A DNA stretch of 64,000 nt. Origin: Octopus vulgaris (Eukaryota). A program made the translations under genes and the position numbers. The notes below the pieces were generated by a model, which was not told the DNA's origin, ran no database searches, and saw only the letters and a list, made by a program, of their open reading frames with translations. The stretch lies in assembly GCA_951406725.2 (NCBI GenBank), contig OX597816.1, forward strand, positions 7,688,001 to 7,752,000, given 5' to 3'. Of this stretch, positions 26,118 through 38,291 are shown one piece after another; the stretch's first letter is position 1; each line of letters begins with the position of its first letter.

Positions 26118-27359
26118 TTGTACCTGGCTTTTGTTGACATGGAGAAAGCCTTCGACAGGGTCCCCCGATCCCTCATATGGTGGTCAATGAGGAAACTAGG
26201 AATAGAAGAATGGTTAGTGAGAGCTGTGCAAGCCATGTACAGGGATGCTGCTAGTAAGGTGAGGGTTGGAAATGAGTACAGTGAAGAATTCCGGGTAGAG
26301 GTAGGGGTCCACCAAGGCTCAGTCCTCAGCCCCCTCCTATTTATCATAGTCCTCCAGGCAATAACGGAGGAATTCAAGACAGGATGCCCCTGGGAGCTCC
26401 TCTATGCTGATGACCTTGCTCTAATTGCTGAGTCATTATCAGAACTGGAGAAGAAGTTTCAGGTGTGGAAGCATGGTTTAGAATCGAAGGGCCTTAGAGT
26501 CAACCTAGCTAAAACCAAAGTCCTAATAAGTAGGAAGGTAGACAAATCACAAACGCCTTCAGGTAGATGGCCCTGCTCGATCTGTAGAAAAGGTGTAGGT
26601 AGAAACTCTATAAGATGCACCAAGTGTAAGCTATGGACACATAAAAGGTGCAGCAATGTCATGGGAAGGCTAACTAGGAAGATGGTTTTTGTATGTGGCA
26701 GATGCTCGGGAGCATTAACCTCTGAAAATCTGCAGAAAACAACTTCCGTCACTTTCCAGGGGGAAAAACTAGAAGTAGTTGATAGCTTCCTTTATCTTGG
26801 TAACCAAGTCAGTAGTGGGGGTGGGTGTGCTGAAAGTGTAACGGCTAGAGTAAGAATAGCCTGGGCAAAGTTTAGGGAGCTCTTACCTCTGTTGGTGACT
26901 AAAGGCCTCTCGCTCAGAGTAAAAGGCAGACTGTATGATGCATGTGTACGAACAGCCATGCTACATGGCAGTGAAACATTGGCCGTGACTGCTGAGGACA
27001 TGCGTAAGCTCGCGAGAAATGAAGCTAGTATGCTCCGTTGGATGTGTAATGTCAGTGTTCATAGTCGACAGAGTGTAAGTACCTTGAGAGAAAAGTTGGA
27101 CCTAAGAGGAATCAGATGTTGTGTGCAAGAGAGACGATTGCGCTGGTATGGTCATGTGGTGAGAATGGATGAAGATAGGTGTGTGAAAAAGTGCCACACC
27201 CTGGCAGTTGAGGGGACCTGTGGAAGAGGTAGACCCAGGAAAACCTGGGTCAAGGTGGTGAAGCACGACCTTCGAACTCTAGGTCTCACCAAGGAAATGA
27301 CCAGAGACCGAGACCTATGGAAGTATGCTGTGCGTGAGAAGACCCGGCAAGACCAGTGA
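26118..27359 (+). CDS. RTE reverse transcriptase fragment (413 codons) with Cys/His PHD-like finger inside the RT C-terminal region
   Basis: Open frame with YADD; CSIC...CTKC...H..C...CGRC; upstream TAG and missing endonuclease mean it is non-autonomous. Confidence 0.85.
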   Translation: MYLAFVDMEKAFDRVPRSLIWWSMRKLGIEEWLVRAVQAMYRDAASKVRVGNEYSEEFRVEVGVHQGSVLSPLLFIIVLQAITEEFKTGCPWELLYADDLALIAESLSELEKKFQVWKHGLESKGLRVNLAKTKVLISRKVDKSQTPSGRWPCSICRKGVGRNSIRCTKCKLWTHKRCSNVMGRLTRKMVFVCGRCSGALTSENLQKTTSVTFQGEKLEVVDSFLYLGNQVSSGGGCAESVTARVRIAWAKFRELLPLLVTKGLSLRVKGRLYDACVRTAMLHGSETLAVTAEDMRKLARNEASMLRWMCNVSVHSRQSVSTLREKLDLRGIRCCVQERRLRWYGHVVRMDEDRCVKKCHTLAVEGTCGRGRPRKTWVKVVKHDLRTLGLTKEMTRDRDLWKYAVREKTRQDQ

Positions 27360-27424
27360 GAACAATCAAAATCAAATCATATATCAGAAAGCAGGGGTTA
27401 AGTGACCCATCCATTCGTGTCCAC

Positions 27425-27970
27425 TGGCACCCGTGCCGGTGATACGTAAAAGCACCATTCGCTCATGGCTGTTTGCCAGCTCTGCCTGGCCCCGTGTCGG
27501 TGGCACGAAAAAGCACCATCCGTTCGTGTTCGTTGCCAGCCTCGCCTGGCCCCGTGCCGGTGACACGTAAAAGCACCGTCCGTTCGTGGCCGTTTGCCAG
27601 CTCTGTCTGGCCCCGTGTCAGTAGCACGTAAAAGCACCATCCGTCCGTGTCCGTTGCCAGCCTCGGCTGGCCCCCGTGCCGGTGACACGTAAAAGCACCG
27701 TCCGCTCGTGGCCGTTTGCCAGCTCTGTCTGGCAACCGTGTCGGTGGCACGTAAAAGCACCATCCGTTCGCGTCCGTTGCCAGCCTCGGCGGGCCCCCGT
27801 GCCGGTGACACGTAAAAGCACCGTCCGTTCGTGGCCGGTTGCCAGCTCTGTCTGGCCCCGTGTCGGTGGCAAGTAAAAGCACCATCCGTTCGTGTCCGTT
27901 GCCAGCATCGCCTGGCCCCCGTGCCGGTGCCAGCTTCCTCTGGCCCCTGTGCTGGTGACATGTAAAAAGC
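27425..27970 (+). repeat. ~61-62-bp tandem units (A/B alternating, about 8-9 copies) in LINE 3' UTR
   Basis: Recurrent GTGYCGGTGRCACGTAAAAGCACC core followed alternately by ..GCCAGCTCTGTCTGGC and ..GCCAGCCTCGCCTGGC. Confidence 0.9.
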
Positions 27971-28455
27971 ATCCACTACACTCACAGAGTGATTGGCGTT
28001 AGGAAGGGCATCCAGCTGTAGAAACATTTCCAGATCATACTGGAGCCTGGTGCAGCCTCCATGGCTTACCAGACCCTGGTCGAACCGTCCAACTCATGCT
28101 AGCATGGGAAACGGATGTTAAATGATGATGATGATGATGACGATGAATAAGATATAAAATAGTCTTATAAAATCTGTGACATTAAACTTTACAAGGTTGT
28201 AAACAAAAAAAAAATGTTGGTTTTTGTCTGAAGAAAATGTTCAACAGTGTCTCAACTTAAGATTTCACATTTTGTATTTGAACATGAACGATTACTGATT
28301 ATTGCTGTGTAAAAACTATCTGGGCTCGAAAAATTTCTGGGGGGAAATTTAGCTCATACACCATTAATATCTTTTCTAGGGTGCAAGGATAAAATTATAA
28401 AATTCAGATCTATATTGACCTATGAAGAGCTTGCTTTGATGTCTGAAATTTTATA

Positions 28456-29566
28456 CAGTGGTGGCATGTAAAAAGCACCAACCGATCGTGGCCGTTGCCA
28501 GCCTCGCCTGGCACATAAAAAGCACCCACTACACTCATGGAGTGGTTGGCGTTAGGAAGGGTATCCAGCTGTAGAAACACTGCCAGATCAGACTGGAGCC
28601 TGGTGCAGCCTTCTGGCTTCCCAGACCCTGGTCGAACCATCCAACCCATGCTAGTATGGAAAACGGACGTTAAACGATAATGATGATGATGATGATCCCT
28701 CATTTATTGCGGTAGATTGGTTCCGAGACCGGCCGTGATAACTGAATTTCCGTGAAGTAGGGACACCATATTTACAGTATTTATTTAACGTGTATTTGGA
28801 CTTTGAAAACCCTCCCTGTACTGTTAACAACCCACCCATTATAGTAGTCTATTAATAACAAGGACAATTGTTAAGCAATAGCACTTTAGATTTAAATAAA
28901 GATTGTTACTGTTACACAGGCCAGATTACAAAATAGAAAGCTGTGATTCATCGTCTCTCTCCATTGCACCAACCACAGCCCGTCTTAAGGTCAAATACCC
29001 CTGTATATGCTTTTTTGCTATTTTATGCTTGTTTTGTTGTTCCTAGACTAGGAAATAATATTTATTATTAATATTTTAATGGATTTAATGAAAAGTTTTA
29101 GGCGTTCATGTATATATATTTTAAGAATCCCCAAAGTAGGAGCGGCTGTGTGGTAAGTAGCTTGCTTACCAACCACATGGTACCAGGTTCAGTCCCACTG
29201 TGTTGCACCTAGGGCAAGTGTCTTCTACTATAGCCTTGGGCCGACCAAAGCCTTGTGAGTGGATTTGGTAGACGGAAACTGAAAGAAGCCCATCATAACG
29301 ATGATGATGATGATGATGATGATATATGTATCTGTGTGTGTATGTGCATTTGTATGTCTGTGTTTGTGCCCCCAACATCGCTTTTAGTGGTTCAGCAAAA
29401 GAGACCGATAGAATAAGTACTAGGCTTACAAAGAATAAGTCCTGGGGTCGATTTACTCAACTAAAGGCGGTGCTCCAGCATGCCCACAGTCGAATGACTG
29501 AAACAAGTAAAAGAGAGAAGTCGTGAATCCACGTTTGTTGAACTGCGAAGTAGCGAGGGATCCCTG
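28456..29566. mobile_element. pogo/Tigger-like MITE interrupted by an RTE 3' fragment (28460-28697) and SINE-A (29137-29515)
   Basis: Left TA|CAGTG..[insert]..GATCCCTC; right GCGAGGGATCCCTG|TA. Confidence 0.55.
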
Positions 29567-30320
29567 TAGATGTTTTTTTTCTGAATATTCATGTGACTCA
29601 TGAATTGACTCAGCAGTTTGCCGAGTCAATAACGTCAATCTATGAAAAGAAGCCGTCGTTTCGTAGCTAGGCGTTGGCCTAATGTCCTTCAGTGCTGTCA
29701 CCTTTGTAGTGGGCCTGATCGACTTGAGGTAAACATGTATAATAGAAATACAATGAAATCCCGATTATGGATATTGAGCAGCCTGAGAGAGGTTTTGTTT
29801 GTTGGCCTAAAAAGAAAACGCCTACAGACTTGCAGAAGGCAAATACTCCCGTAAAAACGAACAACAGATTGTTAATGACGGAATTTGAGAAATAAATGTA
29901 ACAATAAGCTAGTACCATCGATTCAGATTTCCTCAAGATATTGATCTTGTAACACAGTTTTTATTCAAAATATGCGTTTTCAAAGGAAAGCAGTTGCAAC
30001 AGCTGTGCTAAGAAAACGGTTTTATAATCAATTTTTAGACAAAGATCTGGTGTTTCTGATAATATTGATTTCAAATTTTGGCACAAGGCCAGCAATTTCG
30101 GAGGAAGGGGTAATTTAATTACGTTGACCCCAATGTTCAACTAATATTTATTTTATTGACTCAAAAAAGATGAAAAGCAAAGTTGACCGCAGTGGAAATT
30201 GAAGTCAGAACTTAAAGACAGACAAGATGTCACTAAGCATCTTGTCTGGCATACCAACGATTCTGCCGGCTTGCTGCCACAATAACATCCATAATCATCG
30301 TCATCATCATCATCATCTAT

Positions 30321-30725
30321 AGGCATAAGAGTGGCTGTGTGGGAAGCAGCTTGCTTACCAACCACATGGTTCCGTGTTCAGTCCTACTGCGTGGCACCTT
30401 GGGCAAGTGTCTTCTACAATAACCATGGTCCGACCAAAGTTTTGTAAGTGGATTTGGTAGTCGGAAACTGAAAGAAGCCTGTCGTATATATGTATATATA
30501 AGTATATGTATGTGTGTGTATATGTTTGTGTGTCTGTGTTTGTCCTCCCGACATCGCTTGACAACCGATGCTGGTGTGTTTGCGTCCCTGTTACTTAGCG
30601 GTTCGGCAAAAGGGACCAATAGAATAAGTACTAGACTTACAAAGAATAAGTCCTAGGGGTGATTTGCTCGACTAAAGGCGGTGCTCCAGCATGGCCGAAG
30701 TCAAATGACTGAAACAAATAAAAGA
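30321..30725 (+). mobile_element. SINE family A
   Basis: Full head, body and tail. Confidence 0.9.
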
Positions 30726-30982
30726 ATCATCGTTTAACGTCCGCTTTCCATGCTAGCATGGGTTGGACAAATACTACAGATATCTTACGTTAGCACACTG
30801 GAAGCAGTTTCATAAAAAGCATGAAAGGTAAAATAGAATCTAACAGGATTTGAGCATGAGTAACTACTAAAAAAAACATTTTGTTCTGGTAGTTTCCAGA
30901 ATGGTTATGGCTCCTAAACAGAATGCTTTTATGGCGGTTATAGCCACCATATTTCTGAAGCAATTTTCTATCTTCAAAAATC

Positions 30983-31830
30983 CCAGCGTCGCCTTACTGG
31001 CACTTGTGCCTGTGCTAGTAGGGTGCCAAGAGCACCATCCGAGCGTGATCGTTGCCAGAGCGGCTATCTGGCTTACATGCCAGTGGCATGTAAAAGGCAT
31101 CATTTGAGTGTGATTGTTACCAGCTGGCACTTGTCACCTTACTGGCACTTGTGCACTCTCGGAGTGGTTGGCATTAGGAAGGGCATCCAGCTGTAGAAAC
31201 TCTGCCAGATCAAGATTGGAGCCTGGTGCAGCCTCCTGGCTTTCCAGACCCCGGTTGAACCATCCAACCCATGCTAGCATGGAAAGCGGACATTAAACGA
31301 TCATGATGATGATGATGATGAAAACTAGCCATGAAGTAACTATTCAAAAGAGACAGTTGGAAGAAACCGAGGGAAAATGAGGGCCAGGGAATAGAAAGAA
31401 AGGTTAGCAGGAAAGAAAAGAAGTATTATAAATCAATAAGGGAATTGATAAAGTTGTGGGCAAAAGTGGGTCACTGAATAGAAAGGTAAGTAGGAAAGAA
31501 TAGGAATTTTATAAATCTATAAGAGAATCGAGAAAACCGATTCAAGCCTGAAACCTTCTGATTTCTTATTATCATTGCCGGTGGTACATAAAAAGCACCA
31601 TCCGATCGTGGCCGTTTGCCAGACTCGTCTGGTACCTGTGCCGGTGGCACGTAAAAAGCACCCACTACACTCATGGAGTGGTTGGCGTTAGGAAGGGCAT
31701 CCAGCCGTAGAAACATTGCCAGATCAAACTGGGCCTAGTGCAGCCTCCTGGCTTACCAGACCCCAGTTGAATCGTCCAACCCATGCTAGCATGGAAAGCA
31801 GACGTTAAACGATGATGATGATGATGATGA
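30983..31830 (+). mobile_element. Two RTE 3'-end copies (30983-31320, 31575-31830)
   Basis: Same core and (GAT)n tails as 27400-28145. Confidence 0.85.
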
Positions 31831-31879
31831 TAGTCTGTAGTGTTGTGTTAAATGATGGCCCTGATCGTGCAGACGTCAG

Positions 31880-32400
31880 ATCAATCATCATCATTGTTCG
31901 ACCATGGTGGAGACAATGGAATTTACTATGTTACGCCAGACTTCACGGTCCATCATAGCATTACGGAGGTCCTGTTGCTGGATGCCTGTATCCCTGGAGA
32001 TTACATCAGGGTAGGAGAGTGTGCGCCCTCTGGTATTGCGAGTTGGTGGCTTCCAGAAGAGAAGAGTAGAAATTACCTCGTTTCCAGCTCTACAACAATG
32101 TCCAGCAAACTGGACTCTCTTACCTTTCACAAGAGATGACACAGGTGGTAGTTTCCCATATATTTGCATTTTGGTTGGATGGCGCTTCCACGAGAGATTT
32201 TGAGCTCTCATAAGGAGGCGAGTGTAGGTTCCATCCAACCGCCTCTCAAGATTCTTTGATAACGTCCAGGTTTCTGAGCCATATAGTAGAATTGGTTTGA
32301 CTGTGGCTTTGAAGATTTTAAGTTTGAAATCTCTACTTAGATTTGATGACCAGATCTTATGCATATCATTACAGGCTGACCAGGCCATACTCTTTCTAGC
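31880..32400 (-). pseudogene. 3' fragment of a second RTE/RTE-X-type LINE
   Basis: AWSACNDMHKIWSSNLSRDFKLKIFKATVKPILLYGSETWTL...RVQFAGHC...MMDREVWR; TGA-rich tail. Confidence 0.85.
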
Positions 32401-32642
32401 TAGAAAGACATTCCTGGTGTGGCCATTCCTTCTCTTAAGAATTTGTAAGACTACAATATTCAACATTATTTCCTTGTTTAAGGCAATAGTGTGTGATTTG
32501 AGAAAGATTTGGCCAAATCGTTCACCATATTGAATTCTTTCATTGTTTCAAATGGCAAAGTTGAATGCCAAGCTCTTATTTTTGTCAACCGGACATTCTT
32601 TGACATCTCTCCCTCTCTCGTTTGATCCATCTCACCTTACCT

Positions 32643-32828
32643 ATTTCTTTACTACCCACAAGGGGCTAAACACAGAGGGGAAAAACAAGGACAGAGAAAT
32701 GGATTAAGTCGATTACATCGACCCCAGTGCGTAACTGGTACTTAATTTATCGACTTCGAAAGGATGAAAGACAAACTCGACCTCAGCGGAATTTGAACTC
32801 AGAACGTAACGGCAGATGAAATATGGCT
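32643..32828 (-). mobile_element. SINE family B, 5'-truncated, with TSD
   Basis: 16-bp TSD CATCTCACCTTACCTA on both sides. Confidence 0.85.
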
Positions 32829-33159
32829 ACGCATCTCACCTTACCTAGTGACACTGTTGTCTCTGCATGACCGCTTAAGAAATAGCAGTCAAATCTCCCT
32901 CAAACAACATTCAACTGTCTTAAATACTTTTATCACTTACCTGTTTCTGTCATTTGACTGCGTCCATGCTGCAGCATCACCTTGAAGAAATTTTAGTCGA
33001 GTGAATTGACCCCTGTACTTATACTATCAAACTTTTTTGCCGAACTGCTAAGTTATTGGGACATAAACATACCAACACTGGTGGTCAAGTGGTGGAGGGA
33101 CACACACACACACACACACACATATATACATACATATATGGATAGATTATCTCGTTGTG

Positions 33160-35410
33160 AATGACAAATTAGCTTACACTAAAATAAAGCAATGATCATG
33201 TTCTATGGACACGAATGTGTCTCTTGAGACCTGCTGGTGCCTTGCTTTTAGCAAATGAAACAAGTTGAGGACTCAGTTTGCTTGAGTGCTTGGGGGTTAT
33301 TTACTATGGGTTTTCTTGAGTGGACGGTGAGGCCTGCTTTGCTTCATGCCACAAAACCACAATGACAGGTAAAGGTCTCCATTTAGAGGAACAGTGTTTT
33401 GCCAGTGTGCCTTCATGCTTCCATGAAGTTGGTCCTAGTGCTGGAGTCAATTTTGCTCAAACTTTTGAACTGAGGAGAAGCAGGATTGGCGCCAGGTCCT
33501 GCATTCTGAAGCTTTGTTTTCCCAGTAAGCAAAGAGAATTTTGCATCGCTTCAGATTGTCTTTAAAGCACAAGAATGGCCTTCTAGTTAACCTTCCTGTT
33601 GGGACTTGGCCAAAGAGAAGTTGCTTCAGAATTCTGATCTCACTCATACGTGAGAGATGACCTGACCATCTGAGCTGTGTTTTGATGAGGATGGCTTCAA
33701 TACCTGATGTGTTGCATTTTGTTAGTACCTCGCTGTTAGTACCTTACTGTTATTAAGTTTGTTAGTACCTTACTGTTTGTAAAACTGTTAGTACCTTACT
33801 GTTAGTAAGTTTGTTAGTACCTTACTGTTTGTAAAACTGTTAGTACCTTACTGTTAGTAAGTTTGTTAGTACCTTACTGTTTGTAAAACTGTTAGTACCT
33901 TACTGTTAGTAAGTTTGTTAGTACCTTACTGTTTGTAAAACTGTTAGTACCTTACTGTTAGTAAGTTTGTTAGTACCTTACTGTTTGTAAAACTGTTAGT
34001 ACCTTACTGTTAGTAAGTTTGTTAGTACCTTACTGTTTGTAAAACTGTTAGTACCTTACTGTTATTAAGTTTGTTAGTACCTTACTGTTTGTAAAACTGT
34101 TAGTACCTTACTGTTAGTAAGTTTGTTAGTACCTTACTGTTTGTAAAACTGTTAGTACCTTACTGTTAGTAAGTTTGTTAGTACCTTACTGTTTGTAAAA
34201 CTGTTAGTACCTTACTGTTAGTAAGTTTGTTAGTACCTTACTGTTTGTAAAACTGTTAGTACCTTACTGTTAGTAAGTTTGTTAGTACCTTACTGTTTGT
34301 AAAACTGTTAGTACCTTACTGTTAGTAAGTTTGTTAGTACCTTACTGTTTGTAAAACTGTTAGTACCTTACTGTTATTAAGTTTGTTAGTACCTTACTGT
34401 TTGTAAAACTGTTAGTACCTTACTGTTAGTAAGTTTGTTAGTACCTTACTGTTTGTAAAACTGTTAGTACCTTACTGTTAGTAAGTTTGTTAGTACCTTA
34501 CTGTTTGTAAAACTGTTAGTACCTTACTGTTAGTAAGTTTGTTAGTACCTTACTGTTTGTAAAACTGTTAGTACCTTACTGTTATTAAGTTTGTTAGTAC
34601 CTTACTGTTTGTAAAACTGTTAGTACCTTACTGTTATTAAGTTTGTTAGTACCTTACTGTTTGTAAAACTGTTAGTACCTTACTGTTATTAAGTTTGTTA
34701 GTACCTTACTGTTTGTAAAACTGTTAGTACCTTACTGTTAGTAAGTTTGTTAGTACCTTACTGTTTGTAAAACTGTTAGTACCTTACTGTTAGTAAGTTT
34801 GTTAGTACTTCACTGTTATGAATATGGCTGCTCAGTTTTATGTTGGAGATGGTACGCAAGCATTGCATATGAAAAGCATCAAACTGATTGATGTGCTTTT
34901 GGTACCAAGTCCAGGATTCAGCACCATAAAGCAATGTAGTCAAAAGCACCGACTTATATACATTAACTTTCACCTTCAACGATATGTCGTGGCTGTTCCA
35001 AAGCCTGTGATAAAGCTGACCAAAAGCGGAGCTAGCCTTCTCGATTTCTTTATCCATCTTTGCATCATTGGACACAATGGAACCAAGATAAGTGAAGAGG
35101 GAAGCAGTTTTTCATGCTTTCTCATCAACATATGCAGTAGGGACAACAGAGGGAAGATGGTCATGGATGGACTGATGGACAAGCTCAGTTTTCTTGATGC
35201 TGATTATTCTTTGTGGCTAATGGCGTGAATTCTGATTGTTGTATAAAGCGGCCATCTACCTTTCACCACCGCCAAGTCGACCTTGGCGTAAACATTGGCT
35301 TTTAACGGGTGGAAAGCTAAACCATCCTGCGGTACAGAGGATTCGCAATCTAGACTAGGGTCTGAAAGTTTACCACACCATCGTGGGTTACACCATGGTT
35401 CCTCTGATTT
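33160..35410 (-). mobile_element. Degraded RTE-BovB-like LINE split by an internal minisatellite
   Basis: KASSAFGQLYHRLWNSHDISLKVKVNVYKSVLLTTLLYGAESWT...HIHNSEVLT [array] NSEVLTKCNTSGIEAILIKTQLRWSGHLSRMSEIRILKQLLFG. Confidence 0.85.
33721..34817. repeat. Minisatellite of alternating 26-bp monomers (52-bp higher-order unit, ~20 dimers)
   Basis: GTTAGTACCTTACTGTTAGTAAGTTT alternates with GTTAGTACCTTACTGTTTGTAAAACT; recurrent GTTATTAAG variant. Confidence 0.97.
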
Positions 35411-36145
35411 GTGACAGAAGTATGAGGAAAGAGTGAGAGAAAGTTGTGTTGTAAGAGTACAGCAGGGTTCACCACCACCCCTGCTGGAGCCTCATGGAGC
35501 TTAGGGGTTTTTGCTCAATAAACACTCACAATGCCTGGTCCAGGAATCGAAACTGCGTTCTTACGACTGTGAGTCCGCTGCCCTAACCACTGGGACAGTG
35601 CACCTCCGTTGTTGTTTTGTGATTGAGAAACATCGATGTCACTTGTTTCCGGTTGGCTTTTTTTAGTTCTTATGACTCACTCTGAAAATGAAACATTTAA
35701 GAGAAAGAAAGAAACAAACAAACAAACAAACAAACAAAAAAGAAAGAAAGAAAGAAAAAGGAGGAAGAAAAATGTTTGAAAAGAAACTTTCTGATTCAGG
35801 CAGAGAGATATGTGGGTGTATGTATGTTGATTGTGTCTATGAGTGTGTTTTTGCGTGCTATATGGGTGTGTCTATTACTTGTGTATATATATGTATGAGA
35901 ACTTATGAACCATGGAATGTGTCACCTGGTCAGGTAAGCTGAAGCAACAAAGACAAGAGAGGAGAGGATGAATCAAGGAAAAGAGAGAGAGAGAGAAAGA
36001 AAGAGTAAGAGAGAGAGAGATTATATGATTTGCAAACTAAAGTATTGTTTAATAGAGCCAAATGTCAAAAAGTCTTGTCACATTTCGAGAAGAGAAAGAA
36101 ACCATACCTCTTTAATTTTACTTGGTATATTCAACCAACATGAAT

Positions 36146-36367
36146 GCGGCGAGCTGGCAGAAACGTTAGCACGCTGGGCGAAATGGTTAGCGGTATTTTG
36201 TCTGCGTTACGTTGTGAGTTCAAATTCCGCCGAGGTCGACTTTGCCTTTCATCCTTTCGAGGTCGATTAAATAAGTACCAGTTATGCACCCAGTAATCGA
36301 CTTAATCCGTTTGTCTGTCCTTGTTTGTCCCCTCTGTGTTTAGCCCTTTGTGGGTAGTAAAGAAATA
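36146..36367 (+). mobile_element. SINE family B monomer
   Basis: Full head to tail; imperfect TSD GGTATATTCAA(C/T)CAA. Confidence 0.85.
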
Positions 36368-36419
36368 GGTATATTCAATCAAGATAACATTTCCCCTCAT
36401 TATTGATAACATAATCCTA

Positions 36420-37340
36420 TTTATTTGGCAAATTGTTGATCCCTCGGGCGTACAATTCCCCAAGTTTCAAAGCAAAGAAACACTCGGTATCATTTTTAAC
36501 CTCTTCACAATTAATAAACTGTTTACCCTCTAAATAACATTGCTATGATCCGAAAAGATGTTGGTAAGGGTGAGCAAAGCCAGGAGAGTAAGGAAGATGA
36601 AACAAACCTTCCATATTTAGTTCTATAATCGTTTCTTGATTCTTTGAGCCCAAAATTCTTCTGGCTTGAAAGCACTCGGAGTGGTTGGCATTAGGAAGGG
36701 CATCCAGCTGTAGAAACTGCCAGATCAGACTGGAGCCTGGCGCAGCCTCCTGATTTGCCAGTCCTCAGTCAAGTCGTCCATCCCATGCTAGCATGGAAAG
36801 CAGACGTTAAACGATGATGATGATGATGATGATTTTCCCTCTAGATTACTATGATCCGAAAAGATGTTGGTAAGGGTGAGCAAAGCCAGGAGAGTAAGAA
36901 GGATGAGACAAACCTTCCGTATTTAGTTCTATAATCGTTTCTTGAGTGACTTGGACAATATGTGATCTTACATTATCGTACGACTGACCAATAATGGATG
37001 TTTTTCTGCAAATGTTTGTGCAATGATTGCAACGAATAACAGATACTTCCCTGCATCGACCGTTTTGTTTTGGTTTAACAGTTAATGATAGACAACACAC
37101 TCTTCAAATATTTCCCCCAAAATAGAACGTAGCTGATGATTGAAGTGTGAATTGAACTGTTTTGCTAATTCTCGTCCAGTTTGCTGTGGACTGCTCTCAG
37201 CTACAGTTTTCTGAGGTTCGATATTGGTCGTGGTCCAGATTGAGAAGAATCTGCGAAAGAAAAAGTTTCCCGTGCGAAAATAGCCAAACCATTGTTGGTA
37301 TGTTCGGACATTTAAAGCTTCTTTTCAATAGACAGAATGA
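36420..37340 (-). pseudogene. Degraded mariner (DD34D-type) transposase fragments, partly duplicated
   Basis: LSHPSYSPGFAHPYQHLF resembles HPPYSPDLAPSDYHLF; SKPEEFWAQRIKK resembles the mariner C-terminus; RTE 3' fragment at 36674-36832. Confidence 0.65.
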
Positions 37341-37341
37341 A

Positions 37342-37692
37342 TGTTGCCAGCCTCGTCTGGCCCCGTGCCGGTGGCACGTAAAAAGCACCATCCGATCGTG
37401 GCCGTTTGCCAGCCTCGCCTGGCCCCCATGCCAGTGGCACGTAAAAAGCACCAGCCGATCGTGGCCGTTTGCCAGCCTTGTCTGGTGCCTGTGCAGGTGG
37501 CACGTAAAAAGCACCCACTACACTCTCGGAGTGGTTGGCATTAGGAAGGGCATCCAGCTGTAGAAACACTGCCAGATCAGACTGGGCCTGGCGCAGCCTC
37601 CTGGCTTCCCAGACCCCAGTTGAACCGTCCAACCCATGCTAGCATGGAGAACGGACGTTAAACGATGATGATGATGATGATGATGATGATGA
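37342..37692 (+). mobile_element. RTE 3'-end copy with 3 UTR units
   Basis: Same family as 27400-28145. Confidence 0.9.
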
Positions 37693-38291
37693 CTTCCATT
37701 GCTGACGAGCTCCATTTAAATTCCAACAGCATATGGATATGATCTAAATTCATTTTAAAAGTGTAAAATCAATACTCATTTCTTATGGGTGTGAGGGTGG
37801 GTAAAGAAGAATACCCGAGGACACAACTCCGTATGGTAGTGTGTAAGGTTCAAAACCAAATCGCTGGATAGCCGTGCGGATGCCACGCTGAGATCGTCTT
37901 TACATGATCGGCCGATTAACGTAGCATCAGCATCAAGCCATCGTGTGATTCGACTTTCTAGAACCTTCGAATGTGTCATATAAAAGGTAATTCCAGAATG
38001 CCAAGACGGTTATTAACAACTCCATTCATCTAATCATCACGTATATTTTTAACTCCCATCCGTATAATATATGTAAATCCATCTGTTTTTCTATCTTATT
38101 TTTTTATTGCCCACAAGGGGCTAAACACAGACGGGACAAACAAGGACAAAGGGATTAAGTCGATTAGACCGACCCCAGTGCGTAACTGGTACTTAATTTA
38201 TCGACCCCCTGTATATAAGAAGCGTGTCTGTACCCTACATGTCCCTTGTCTGTCCTTGTAACATCCCCTCTATGTAAACCTTTTTATAGGT

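Larger units (their letters stand above)
25985..28145 (+). mobile_element. 5'-truncated RTE-clade LINE (RT 3' half, structured 3' UTR, (GAT)n tail)
   Basis: QFGFVPGKSTTDAIF (then stop), AFVDMEKAFDRV, GVHQGSVLSPLLF, YADD, LRWYGHV, GRGRPRKTW; ORF ends 27359; UTR array then GATGATGAT. Confidence 0.95.

Noticed and set aside
27425-27970. CRISPR-like array beside a reverse transcriptase
   Set aside because: Intervening segments are homologous to each other and the array is the 3' UTR of an RTE LINE found in many truncated copies
33721-34817. CRISPR-like repeat/spacer array
   Set aside because: Only two alternating linkers, no unique spacers, no cas genes, eukaryotic context, and the unit derives from the flanking LINE
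37760-38060. Solo LTR
   Set aside because: LTR-like composition, but no confident TG..CA ends or TSD could be identified
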